A stretch of DNA of 64,000 nt. Source: a virus. Below the pieces are notes generated by a model. It made no database searches. It saw only the letters and a list, made by a program, of their open reading frames with translations, and was not told the DNA's origin. The position numbers and the translations under genes are program-made. Location: positions 1 to 64,000 of the IMG/VR virus record IMGVR_UViG_3300025133_000045; one strand, written 5' to 3'. Shown here piece by piece: positions 17,102 through 26,731 of this stretch. The first letter of the stretch is position 1; the number at the start of each line of letters is the position of its first letter.

Positions 17102-19043
17102 TTATTTTTGACTCCAAGCCCTTAAGCAATTTCTGGATCTCATAATTTGTTTCAAAAAGCTGCTCTTCTTGAAGTAGCTGTTTCCTCTCATAAGTAGACT
17201 CCTTATTCTCCAACATCCCGGCAGCCACCCGGTCAAGTCCACCAGGGCCACTTTTACCGGGGAAATAAGTTCGAGGGCTACTCTCTAGCCCCACTAAGCT
17301 TCTATAATTTTTTCCTCTGCCTGCGGAACTACGCCTATCTCGTTTGGCTGGCTTATAGCGCTTTCCATTAGAGCCAGGGGTAATGTATGATCCGTCTTTC
17401 CGAACGTCTCGTTTGGCTGGCGGCTCTGCCAACAAGATTCCTTCTTCCTCTTCTCCACCAATTTCTTCTCCACCAATTTCTTCTCCACCTTCTTCGCCTT
17501 CTTCACCAAAATCTTCGCCAAACTCTTCACCAAAATCTTCGCCTTCCAATCCACCGCCCAGAGCACCACCCAGAGCAGCCTCAGCCTCGCCCGCAGCTTC
17601 AGCGGCTGCATTGAGTTGGGCGTCATATTTGCGATCATAGAACATCTCACGTTGATTACGAAGGAATTCCTCCTCCGACAGACTGAATAGGTGTTCAGCA
17701 ACCCAGCGACGGCTGAAGAAGCCATCAGTTGCCGAGGATGCAATATCAAACTTCAGCTTCCAGTGCTCTAGTTCTTGAAGTTCTGCTATCTTGGACGGAT
17801 TGTTTAAGGACAGCGAGAAATTCAAAAGGTCATCGCCCCTGAAGCCGAGAGTATAAAGGTGAATGATGCCCACCTTCTCCAATTCAGAGATCACTGCACG
17901 TTGCAAGCGCTGGATGGTCCTTGCGAAACGGACATCCTTTTGTGCGAGAGTTGTCTTATCTTCCGATCCATCTTCGCCCTGCGTTAGATAGGAGGCGGGA
18001 ACCTTTAATGCGGAGAACAGTTTATCTCGGAGATACTTTACATCATCGATATCCTTTGTGTTCTGCCCACCAGCCAGGTTTTCAACCTTCGATGAAGTAT
18101 CGCCACGCACAGGGATAAAATAATCTTCTTCCACACTCATCGGGTTATAGCGGAGGTCCACACGACCAGATTCAGCGTTAACCAGTCGGTTACGCTTCAT
18201 AGAAGTCATGACCTTCTGCATATACTGCTCGACATCAGATGGTGGAATGTTGCCCACGTCCACATAAAAGACCCTTCTCTCGGGAGCGCGGACAATACGA
18301 TATGCCATCATGGCATCTTCCATCAAAACCAACTGACGCCAGATACGTCTTGCTGCCTCCAGCACAGAGGTTCCATATGGAGCGTATTTATCATTGCCCA
18401 AAATACGAAAATGAGCAACCTGCCAGTTTTCAAATGTTAGAGCGGCTGAATTCCACTGAAACTGAACATAGCTGGGGTTTGTTTTGTCTTCGCCTTCTAG
18501 TCGCTCAACTTCACCCGGAGGCATCCCGATTATGGTCTTGATCCCCAAGTGTTCATCGATGTCGAGATACAAAAAGAAGTCACCATATTTGCACATGGTG
18601 CGACACCAGCCAAAAAGGTTGTATTCAACGTTTAAAGTGTTCTGGTATAGCGTTCCAAGAACCGCCTTAATCTCTTCATTCGGACACTTAATCGTAAGCA
18701 TCGATCGCAATGAAGAGTGAGTGGTCATTTCGTCAGCGTAAATGTCCAGAGCAGAAGCAATCTCAGGTGTATACTCCATTTGATCAAAATCAGTGTAGCG
18801 TTCCGAACGACGCTGATTTGCCATTGCGGAGGTATTAATCTGAGCAAAGGGATTATAAGCGCTGCGTTTAAACTGTTGTCCACTCGCACTCTTGAACCTA
18901 GTTGCAAAATAATCCAACTGTGTTCGTTTATAATTCCTCGTCATCTGAGAGCGGTAGCTCGTGATCGGTCCAGAAAATAGACGGGTTAAGCGCCTAAATA
19001 AAGTCGATTCGGGATTACGAGGGTTTTTATCTTGTTCTGCCAT
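17070..19043 (-). CDS. Portal protein (T4 gp20-like) with acidic then basic C-terminal extension
   Basis: PEIASALDIYADE, LMEDAMMAYRIVRAPERRVFYVDVGN, EDYFIPVRG, ALKVP..YL motifs. Confidence 0.96.
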   Translation of the reverse strand: MAEQDKNPRNPESTLFRRLTRLFSGPITSYRSQMTRNYKRTQLDYFATRFKSASGQQFKRSAYNPFAQINTSAMANQRRSERYTDFDQMEYTPEIASALDIYADEMTTHSSLRSMLTIKCPNEEIKAVLGTLYQNTLNVEYNLFGWCRTMCKYGDFFLYLDIDEHLGIKTIIGMPPGEVERLEGEDKTNPSYVQFQWNSAALTFENWQVAHFRILGNDKYAPYGTSVLEAARRIWRQLVLMEDAMMAYRIVRAPERRVFYVDVGNIPPSDVEQYMQKVMTSMKRNRLVNAESGRVDLRYNPMSVEEDYFIPVRGDTSSKVENLAGGQNTKDIDDVKYLRDKLFSALKVPASYLTQGEDGSEDKTTLAQKDVRFARTIQRLQRAVISELEKVGIIHLYTLGFRGDDLLNFSLSLNNPSKIAELQELEHWKLKFDIASSATDGFFSRRWVAEHLFSLSEEEFLRNQREMFYDRKYDAQLNAAAEAAGEAEAALGGALGGGLEGEDFGEEFGEDFGEEGEEGGEEIGGEEIGGEEEEGILLAEPPAKRDVRKDGSYITPGSNGKRYKPAKRDRRSSAGRGKNYRSLVGLESSPRTYFPGKSGPGGLDRVAAGMLENKESTYERKQLLQEEQLFETNYEIQKLLKGLESKINESENENETQ

Positions 19044-19049
19044 CTCTGC

Positions 19050-20633
19050 CTATCCTTTTAAAAGCCATGAATATTCTTCGTATTCTTTTTTCTGTTCGCT
19101 CGCCTTCTGAACATAATCTTTATCGTAGCCGAGTTGCCCCGGTATTTGGGTGCTTATTTTCGAAGTTGTAAATATCATTGAATCCAAACAAGCCTTTTGA
19201 TACTGCGCATTACGATGATTAACCGTTAAAGCTGTGTCTCTCACCCAACACCCGATAGCCAAAGACATTACTAAATCATCATGATAACTGCGCATAGCTT
19301 GTGGTTTCCCATTGTTCCAGACAAAAGTTTTGAACTCATTAAATAGCCTGCCGGAATATAAAGTAATTAGTTTGTTTCTGATGAATTCTTCCAGCTTAGC
19401 CACAATTAGTGGCCTGGTCTTAGAGGACGTTGTAAAGCCAGCAACGGAATTTCGCGAAGATTCGGCCAGGGTAGCATTTACAAATTCATGTGTCCCCTTG
19501 ATCGAGTAATAAATATTTGGATATTCAAGCTCAATCAACTTTTCCAAAACTGAGATGCCGATTCCAACGTTTTCAACGACAAGCAGCGCACCGCCATACT
19601 CTCCACCTATCTGATTAAGGATATTAGCATACATATCAAGGCTTGGCTTCCCCTGATACTCTGCTATAGCCTCCATTGTTTCCAGCTTGATGATATGGAA
19701 AACAGAATAATCTGCACCGTCTCCACGAGCCACGTCTGCCACGACCAAATAGGTGAATTCGGGTTTGTATTCTTCCCAGATCCAATAGTTTCGATCAAAG
19801 CCAGTTCGATATTTTGGCTCTCTAGTCGCTAGTTGAAGGCGCTCTAGGTCATCAGGGTGTATAACTGTTTCGCCTGACGTGTTGAAATTGCATTCTAGTT
19901 CTTGGGCGATTTGGCGTTGGGACATATTCTTGGTTTCTTTTTCAAACCACGCCTGATCCCTTTCCGGGTGAGCGTCCCACCTGAGAGCTACGGGTTTAAA
20001 ATCATTTTCTTCCAACTCTGCTTCGGTGTATGTTTTGTGAAACCAATTTCCCACTCCGTTAGGTGTCGACAAGGCGATACAACGGCCACCCGTGGACAAC
20101 GTGGGATACAGGCCGGTCCAAAGCTCACTTAAGCCCTCGACGTGGGCAGCTTCGTCAATAACCAACAGAGACAAAGCCTCTGAACGTCCAGCGTCTCCAG
20201 AAGTCGAGATTGCTTTAATCTCGGAACCATTCGACAGCACAAAGCTAGTGCGATTGTCGACAACAATATCTGAAATGCGAATCCAAGGAGGCAAATTTCG
20301 CATAACATTCTTGACCTTCTTGACTAAGTTGGCAGCCGTGCTGAACTTGGTCGCCATCACAAGAATGTTTTTGTCTCGATGAAACAACATAAGCCAAACA
20401 ACATAGGCAGCAACAATCGTTGAGATGCCTAGCTGTCGAGCCTTTAGAATGACTGTAAAACGATAGTCATTAAACTCTTTTAGAAGATCGTCTTGATAAC
20501 CATACGTCTTAAACGGAATCAAACCCCTCATAGGGTGAGAGATCCGACAATAACTGTTTATGAAATAGGCCGGGTCTTTACCCGATTTAACTATCTCTTT
20601 AACAATTTCCTTCTTGGATAGCTCATAAGCCAT
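19050..20633 (-). CDS. Terminase large subunit (gp17-like), no intein
   Basis: LKARQLGIST Walker A, LVIDEAA Walker B, STPNG, ADVARG.G.DYS, HDDLVMSLAI nuclease motifs. Confidence 0.97.
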   Translation of the reverse strand: MAYELSKKEIVKEIVKSGKDPAYFINSYCRISHPMRGLIPFKTYGYQDDLLKEFNDYRFTVILKARQLGISTIVAAYVVWLMLFHRDKNILVMATKFSTAANLVKKVKNVMRNLPPWIRISDIVVDNRTSFVLSNGSEIKAISTSGDAGRSEALSLLVIDEAAHVEGLSELWTGLYPTLSTGGRCIALSTPNGVGNWFHKTYTEAELEENDFKPVALRWDAHPERDQAWFEKETKNMSQRQIAQELECNFNTSGETVIHPDDLERLQLATREPKYRTGFDRNYWIWEEYKPEFTYLVVADVARGDGADYSVFHIIKLETMEAIAEYQGKPSLDMYANILNQIGGEYGGALLVVENVGIGISVLEKLIELEYPNIYYSIKGTHEFVNATLAESSRNSVAGFTTSSKTRPLIVAKLEEFIRNKLITLYSGRLFNEFKTFVWNNGKPQAMRSYHDDLVMSLAIGCWVRDTALTVNHRNAQYQKACLDSMIFTTSKISTQIPGQLGYDKDYVQKASEQKKEYEEYSWLLKG

Positions 20634-21175
20634 TATACATTTTTTCTGGTGTCGTTGTCGGGTCGCTTATCGCCATCCCAACCTCCTTGATCCAAAAACT
20701 TCTGAAAACCATCTTGTAGTGTATCGGTGCTAGGCTGTTTGATCTCATCGACACCACTTAGGTTACCGATATTATACGTTCGATGTGCTTGGACCCAGGT
20801 TCTTACTCGGCTCGTATTCTGAACGATTGCGAATAGTTCTCCATCGGATTTTAGAGAAACGCTCTCGCCAGTAATCTTCTTGTATTCTTTCTTGAGGTAT
20901 GAAGCAATGTCTTCAATGCGTTGTTCGACTTCGCTCTCAAACCCGCCTTTATAAACTTCTTTAAGCTGAATGTCAGCTTGATAATTGATAATCATCTGAG
21001 GCCCACGAAACTTAACTTTGAAGCCATCAAGTGTACGAGAATCATATATTGGATGACCTTCCTCTCTTTTCAGGCCAATTTCAAGGAGGTTACCGTCCTT
21101 GTCATAGGCTCCATCATATGCATTCGCGGCTGCTTGTGCAAGTCCTTGATAAATTTTTAGTGTTTCTGCTGACAT
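20633..21175 (-). CDS. Hypothetical protein
   Basis: 180-aa ORF with SD, TAATG-coupled to terminase. Confidence 0.7.
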   Translation of the reverse strand: MSAETLKIYQGLAQAAANAYDGAYDKDGNLLEIGLKREEGHPIYDSRTLDGFKVKFRGPQMIINYQADIQLKEVYKGGFESEVEQRIEDIASYLKKEYKKITGESVSLKSDGELFAIVQNTSRVRTWVQAHRTYNIGNLSGVDEIKQPSTDTLQDGFQKFLDQGGWDGDKRPDNDTRKNV

Positions 21176-21562
21176 TTATTTGTTCTCCTTACTGGGTCGC
21201 CACCCAGTTTCCCACCGTTCTTCTCTCCCATCAACCCAACGAATATAGCAATTTTTACAACAATTATATTTGGTCATGTATACACTATCGTGCAGATTAA
21301 AGGAAAAGATATCACAAACGGGACATATTCTGTCATGTTCTTTATTAAGTAGTTTTTTGGTTACAAAAACGCCATTGACTTCTATCTTCTCTGTCTTTTC
21401 CCTGAAACGATCCTCCTTGTCGTTGAGCTTTTTTATTTGTTCTTTGTATTCTTCTTCCTTTTCATCCGTCCAATACTTGCGCGGATTCTGAATTGCTTCC
21501 TCGCCATACTTCTTTGCAATCGCTTTCTCGATACTGGCGATCTTGTTCAAATTCTTTTTCAT
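21176..21562 (-). CDS. Hypothetical Zn-finger protein
   Basis: CPVC...CCKNC motif, C-terminal GREERWETGWRP. Confidence 0.65.
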   Translation of the reverse strand: MKKNLNKIASIEKAIAKKYGEEAIQNPRKYWTDEKEEEYKEQIKKLNDKEDRFREKTEKIEVNGVFVTKKLLNKEHDRICPVCDIFSFNLHDSVYMTKYNCCKNCYIRWVDGREERWETGWRPSKENK

Positions 21563-22000
21563 TTACTTCTCTAAAGCATAGGCAGTTCCAAAACCAATAG
21601 CGATTCCAGCTACCACCGAGCCACCTATGACGAATGGCAAGTTTATTTTCTTTTTCGTCTTGATGATGTCTCTCAAAGATTCTATTTCTTCATCTCTGAG
21701 TGTTAAGCCCTCTTCGCACCTGAAGTTCGCTTCCTCCATCTCTATTTTTAAATTGTCGATCTCGTATCTAAATAGCTCCGTTTGATATTCAAGTGCAAAA
21801 TCAAACTCCTCTCTCACCTCTTGTTCCAAAAACTCTTTCCAAGTCAAGAGGTGGGCTGTGGCAACAGTATCAAAACACGTTGCCTCAAACGGCACAGTAG
21901 CCCCTTTGGGCAACAAAGTAAATTTGCCAACATCTTGAGCATATGCGGACTGGCACAAACCTAAACTCAGAGTTAATGTTTGTGCAACCTTACTCCACAT
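21563..22000 (-). CDS. Secreted, C-terminally anchored coiled-coil protein (spanin-like)
   Basis: Signal peptide ending AYA, coiled coil, C-terminal TM LPFVIGGSVVAGIAIGFGTAYAL. Confidence 0.5.
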   Translation of the reverse strand: MWSKVAQTLTLSLGLCQSAYAQDVGKFTLLPKGATVPFEATCFDTVATAHLLTWKEFLEQEVREEFDFALEYQTELFRYEIDNLKIEMEEANFRCEEGLTLRDEEIESLRDIIKTKKKINLPFVIGGSVVAGIAIGFGTAYALEK

Positions 22001-22367
22001 ATTCAAACCCAAAGGCTTTTTCTATCTGTTCTGCAAGTGCAGAAGGGTCTTCGGACCTTAAGGCGGTTACTTCTTTTACTCTGTCCGACTTCAGAGACTC
22101 TATTCTCTCTTTGGTCTCTTCATAATTTCTTTGAAGAACTTGAAGGGCCTTCTCGTGCTCCTCGATTAAATCCTTCTTCTTTTGCAGTTCGCGAGCATGA
22201 CTCTCTTTGAGAACGACCATTTCCTGCTCGTAACGAGTAGAAGCAGCATCAAATGCCTTTACCAGCGAAGAGTGATCATTGTACCAAAAAGTTCCAACTA
22301 CCAGAATCAAGAACCCAATAAGGATCCCTTTCCAATACTTGGCGACGAAAGACAATATAAACTGCAC
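21990..22367 (-). CDS. i-spanin-like protein
   Basis: N-terminal TM (WKGILIGFLILVVGTFW) plus long coiled coil; follows holin-like gene. Confidence 0.55.
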   Translation of the reverse strand: MQFILSFVAKYWKGILIGFLILVVGTFWYNDHSSLVKAFDAASTRYEQEMVVLKESHARELQKKKDLIEEHEKALQVLQRNYEETKERIESLKSDRVKEVTALRSEDPSALAEQIEKAFGFEYVE

Positions 22368-22558
22368 TAAGCACTCTTCAGTTTCACGATAGCATCAATA
22401 ACACTCTGACCGCCCAAATATAGAGCAGAAATCATCACCCAATCGCCGCTAGTCAGAAAGCCATATGCTGCAAGACCGGTGGCCGTCACCCATACCAAAA
22501 GCTTACGAGAAACCGCTTTCTCTAACGCTCTATCTACAACACCTTTAACCATAACCAT
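22367..22558 (-). CDS. Holin-like small membrane protein
   Basis: 63 aa, SRKLLVW..., two TM segments, basic C-terminus; AGGAGG SD before 22558. Confidence 0.6.
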   Translation of the reverse strand: MVMVKGVVDRALEKAVSRKLLVWVTATGLAAYGFLTSGDWVMISALYLGGQSVIDAIVKLKSA

Positions 22559-22574
22559 GTTACCTCCTACACTA

Positions 22575-22582
22575 TAAATAGT
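22575..22582 (-). promoter_or_regulatory. Putative late promoter ACTATTTA
   Basis: Motif at the head of the lysis-terminase-portal operon. Confidence 0.7.
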
Positions 22583-25500
22583 CACTGATTCACGAAAGCG
22601 TATCCATTTATCTTTGCGATGTCTATGGTCGTATCCACCGCATCCTTAAGTGAATCAAGGTGGGTAATGAGCAAGACAGTCCTAAAATAAGACTTGACGA
22701 CATCCAGAATCCTAATGAAGCCTTCCATGTTTTCTGCATCGAGAGCCGTTCCTGGCTCATCAAGGATAAAGATATCCCCCTTCGGCAGGCTAGACACCGA
22801 CAACAGAGAAAGACGAATAGCCATGGCTGCTATGGTCTTCTCGGCACCCGAACCCATCACCAAAGGTCTTTCTTCGTGACTGGGGTGCTTAATAAAAATG
22901 TTTAATCTCTTGCCATCGTCTTCAAAGAAGACCTCAAAATCAACTATATTGGCAAGAACTTTAGCGATTTCTTCATTGATCGCTGGAAGCCTTTTCTTGA
23001 TAACATCATAGGCAATTCCATTGCTATGCATACACCGCATAAATAAATCATAAGCTGAATACTCCTGCCTTAGCTCGTCTAGCTCTTCTTGTAAACTAAC
23101 AAGATTGTTTAACTTCTCTTCGTAAGAACCATGAACCTTATAGAGGTTTAAAATAGATTCCTGACATTTGTCGAGGCGACCTTGATTCAACTTAAGGTCA
23201 ATCTCCTTCTTGCTCTTCTCGGCAAGAAAGTTTTCTAAATTCTCTATAGCTTCTTTGTTCTCTTGATATTGCTCCTTCTGAGCATGCAAGTCTTGCAATT
23301 CTCTTTTGAGATTTTCAATTGCGTTCTTGTTACGTTCAATAAATAGGTTCAACTTGACTATTCGTTCCGATAAAGTGCTTCTCCTTTCACAAAGTTGACT
23401 GTATTTTTCAATGTAATCTTCCACATCGTCCGGTCTCAGCGATGTCAATTCTTGGCTCGTTCCGTTCAAAAAATCGACTTTATCCCCTTTTTCCAAAAGT
23501 GCCTTATTGGCATCGCAAACAAACTTACAATTTGGAAAACTGTTTCCACACGGTATCCCTTCAAGAAGCTTCTCCTTCTTTTCAATCCGAAGAAGCTCTT
23601 GCTCTAAGGTCTTAATCTCATCCCTTAGACCTGTGATGATTTCTTTTTTACCCATTGCGTCTTCGATATCAAACTCACTCAGAAACTTATTAATCTTATC
23701 ATGGACCTCGATCTTTTTCCTAAGCTCCGTTTCATTTTTGTGCAAGTCGGTCGTCATGTATACCTGCTCTTTGGTCTTTTGATCTATCTGTCCAAGAACA
23801 TGGGCAATATCAACTATAGCGACGGGCATCGATTCTATCTTCTGTGTTACTTCACCCACCTCTTCAACGATCTTGGCGATGAGGGTTTTGAGATTATCAC
23901 AAGTCTCTTGTTGTTCTTCAAGTTGTCTTTCACTATCATCAACTGCTTCTCTTGCTTCTCTCACCTCTTCAACAAAATCCCGACCATCAAGCCGCTTAAT
24001 CGCCCCTCGCAAGTCCGCTGCATCATCCTTTGAAAATCTAAACTTCTTTTCAAATATCTCAAGATCCAAGAACTTGGCGAGTATCTCCTTACGCTTTGTT
24101 GACCCTTCCCTCAAGAAAGACAGGGCATCAAGCTGAGAGGACATCGAGGAGGTCAAGAAGTCGTCCAGGGAGCCGAACACCTTGCGGATATTCTTGTCTG
24201 TCTCGTTTCGAGTCAAGCCATTTAAGTTCGTTGTCTCTTCAGTAACCCGATCAAAACAGGAAAAATCAATCCCTGTCTTGGCCTCAAGACTCTCATTCCC
24301 CTGGTACTTTTTAATATACTTCTCTGAGTTGCGAGCAATCGTATACACCTTGTCTCCGATAGAAATCTTGACAGTGCCGGAACCACACTCCTTGTTCTGG
24401 TTAATGATGTTGAGGTTCTTTCTCTCGTTCTTCGAAGTAGAGTTAAAGACGGTGTATAAGATGCTGTCGATCACAGACGATTTTCCAGAATAGTTCTTTC
24501 CAAATATTCCTACGGTTCCATTAAGCTTGGAGAAATCGATAGAGTTGTTCTCGCCATAATTGAAGAGATTGTCCCACTTTGCACTCTGTAGGCTCCAATT
24601 AATGTTGCGTGAAACTTCTTCCTTGTCCTCGGCTATCTTATTGTACTTGAGGTTCAGTTCATAGATTTTGTCTAAAACCTTCTCGGGAACCTCATAGTCC
24701 TTGAGATACTGCGCTATCAGCCTTTCTTGTACAGCTATGTCTCGGAGGTTTTCTTTTTTTAAGCTCTCGGCAAGACTGCTAACATCGCCCCTCTTTCCAG
24801 CAGCACGGTTCAAGAATGTGATTGCTTCTGGCTTGAAGAGGTGTTTGGCCACCTCAATGGCTCGCCTCATCTTCACCAACGACAAGCTGTTGTTGGAAAT
24901 AATTCGAAGTCGAGCACCCGATGGGACCACAGCATTCTTTGGAATCTTGCCAGCCTTTGTCAGTTCGACGGTTACAAATGGCTTGGGGTTTAAGAGCTTG
25001 TGATGCTTACAGGTAAAGTTTTCTTTATCTGTGATGTCCCAAATCAAGAATCCTTTATCATTGGTATCGCCATGATTCTGTTGGACTGTGGAACCAGGAT
25101 ACCTTACGCGCCCTTCCATATCAACGATTTGATTGGTCTTATGGATGTCGCCAAGAAACGCAAAATCATGATTCCTGAAGATTTCGGGTGCATGGTCTCC
25201 ATATTCCATGATCCATCCAGTGTCTGTCTCAACGCCAGCAATGGATCCATGATACAAAGCAATGTTCACATTCTCTTCGCTTGAGGGATCAACCCAATTG
25301 TCCTCGTCAAACACTGAAAGCACGTTCAGGCTGAAGCCATTCTCCAAATCAACTTCGCCTGACTTCTTCAGCAAGTGCAAGTTGGGAAGGTTCAAAGCTT
25401 CAACGATAGGGGTCAAGGCGTCTTGGCGGCTAGTGTTCTTTAAATTGCCGTCGTGATTCCCCAAAATGATATATGTCGGCGCGATGGCTTCCAAGTTTCG

Positions 25501-25698
25501 AAAGAAGTCAGAGCAAAGCTCGACGAACTCTGGTGAGATCTGTGTCTTTGTGTGAGCAATATCCCCACAATGTACGATGCATTCTACCTCCTCTTTCTTG
25601 AGAATTTCATACAACTTTTCAAAAACGACACGATATTCTTTCTGATGCTTCAGATTGCGAATATGAGTATCCGCTATATGTGCGAACTTCAAATGCAC
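22582..25698 (-). CDS. Mre11/SbcD nuclease - Rad50/SbcC ATPase fusion (gp47+gp46-like)
   Basis: ADTH, GDIAH, GNHD, GDIH phosphoesterase motifs; then GKNYSGKSS Walker A, coiled coil, GSGAEK signature, ILDEP Walker B, ITH. Confidence 0.93.
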   Translation of the reverse strand: MHLKFAHIADTHIRNLKHQKEYRVVFEKLYEILKKEEVECIVHCGDIAHTKTQISPEFVELCSDFFRNLEAIAPTYIILGNHDGNLKNTSRQDALTPIVEALNLPNLHLLKKSGEVDLENGFSLNVLSVFDEDNWVDPSSEENVNIALYHGSIAGVETDTGWIMEYGDHAPEIFRNHDFAFLGDIHKTNQIVDMEGRVRYPGSTVQQNHGDTNDKGFLIWDITDKENFTCKHHKLLNPKPFVTVELTKAGKIPKNAVVPSGARLRIISNNSLSLVKMRRAIEVAKHLFKPEAITFLNRAAGKRGDVSSLAESLKKENLRDIAVQERLIAQYLKDYEVPEKVLDKIYELNLKYNKIAEDKEEVSRNINWSLQSAKWDNLFNYGENNSIDFSKLNGTVGIFGKNYSGKSSVIDSILYTVFNSTSKNERKNLNIINQNKECGSGTVKISIGDKVYTIARNSEKYIKKYQGNESLEAKTGIDFSCFDRVTEETTNLNGLTRNETDKNIRKVFGSLDDFLTSSMSSQLDALSFLREGSTKRKEILAKFLDLEIFEKKFRFSKDDAADLRGAIKRLDGRDFVEEVREAREAVDDSERQLEEQQETCDNLKTLIAKIVEEVGEVTQKIESMPVAIVDIAHVLGQIDQKTKEQVYMTTDLHKNETELRKKIEVHDKINKFLSEFDIEDAMGKKEIITGLRDEIKTLEQELLRIEKKEKLLEGIPCGNSFPNCKFVCDANKALLEKGDKVDFLNGTSQELTSLRPDDVEDYIEKYSQLCERRSTLSERIVKLNLFIERNKNAIENLKRELQDLHAQKEQYQENKEAIENLENFLAEKSKKEIDLKLNQGRLDKCQESILNLYKVHGSYEEKLNNLVSLQEELDELRQEYSAYDLFMRCMHSNGIAYDVIKKRLPAINEEIAKVLANIVDFEVFFEDDGKRLNIFIKHPSHEERPLVMGSGAEKTIAAMAIRLSLLSVSSLPKGDIFILDEPGTALDAENMEGFIRILDVVKSYFRTVLLITHLDSLKDAVDTTIDIAKINGYAFVNQ

Positions 25699-25715
25699 CT
25701 CTTGGTTTCTAAACT

Positions 25716-25788
25716 AATGTAACCCCCTCGGGTGCAAAAGTCAAGTTTTTATCAATTTCATACCCTCTCGGGCGTAAAAGTCAAGTTT
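25716..25788 (-). promoter_or_regulatory. Tandem duplicated sigma70-type promoters (40-bp period)
   Basis: TTGACT-17-TACATT and TTGACT-18-TGAAAT within an imperfect direct repeat. Confidence 0.65.
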
Positions 25789-25798
25789 TGTTCTTCGA

Positions 25799-26731
25799 TC
25801 AAACAGCAGCCAATCTCTCCCTCAGATGGCTGTCAGGGGTCATAAAGACAGCATTCTTTTTCCTCTCCTCAAACACCTCTGGCGACATCTCTGCAATGTC
25901 ATCATAGCCAGACGTATCAATCTTGGACACCTCAACACCATAAGATATAAGACTGTGGATTATTTTATTCGTTTTGGCCTCGGCATCTTCATCAAGGGCC
26001 AAGAAGACTTTGACCCCGCTTTTGACGAGAGCCTTAAAGAGCTTGCTTCCCTCACGGAGCGTTGATCCAAGAATGGGAATTCCATTGCAGGCTCTTATTG
26101 CATCGAAGATACCCTCCACCACGACCACATCTTCATCCCAATCAACATAGAGTTCGTTGAAAATGATGTCCTTACTCACCGGAGGGTTCTTATATTTCTT
26201 TTGATAGTCGACGATGGATCGAGCCACGAAATAATTTACAAATCCATCCTTGTTGAATGACGGAATGATAATCCGATTTGCATACTCGCCCTCGAAACAG
26301 AATCCAATTTTCCATTTGAAAACGTCTTTCTTCGTCAACTGACGCTTCGCCAAATAGCTGAGAAATGGCATCGCTGCTCTAGGCAAGCCTTTGTTGGCGA
26401 GGGATATATACTCTTCAGGCAGCTTCAGGATCATCTCCTGCTCTTCCTCTTTTGTGTTGCCGAACAAATTGTCAAACTCTCCGAGATCGACCTTCCCAAC
26501 AAGCTCTTGCCACTCACGAAAGCTTGTGAGTGTCCCAAACCTGCGAATTGGGTGTCCGATATTCCTGCCACGCTTGTCACAGATCCAACACTTGTAATAG
26601 TCCTTTTCAACGTTGACTGAAAACTTGTGCTTATAATGACGGCAATATGGGCACTTGAAGAGCAACTCAGGGCCACGCTCATGGCACGAGCCAAACACCG
26701 TCTTTAGGATTCTAACTTTTTCACTTCGCAT
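25799..26731 (-). CDS. DNA primase (Zn finger + TOPRIM)
   Basis: CPYC...CWIC, RIIIP, VEGIFDA, LDEDA motifs. Confidence 0.85.
   Translation of the reverse strand: MRSEKVRILKTVFGSCHERGPELLFKCPYCRHYKHKFSVNVEKDYYKCWICDKRGRNIGHPIRRFGTLTSFREWQELVGKVDLGEFDNLFGNTKEEEQEMILKLPEEYISLANKGLPRAAMPFLSYLAKRQLTKKDVFKWKIGFCFEGEYANRIIIPSFNKDGFVNYFVARSIVDYQKKYKNPPVSKDIIFNELYVDWDEDVVVVEGIFDAIRACNGIPILGSTLREGSKLFKALVKSGVKVFLALDEDAEAKTNKIIHSLISYGVEVSKIDTSGYDDIAEMSPEVFEERKKNAVFMTPDSHLRERLAAV

Noticed and set aside
19050-20633. Intein or intron in terminase, portal or primase
   Set aside because: Lengths are normal, motifs are contiguous, and no intein terminal motifs were seen
25716-25788. Direct repeat as a mini-CRISPR array
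   Set aside because: Only two imperfect copies with about 12 bp between them, no cas genes; better explained as tandem promoters
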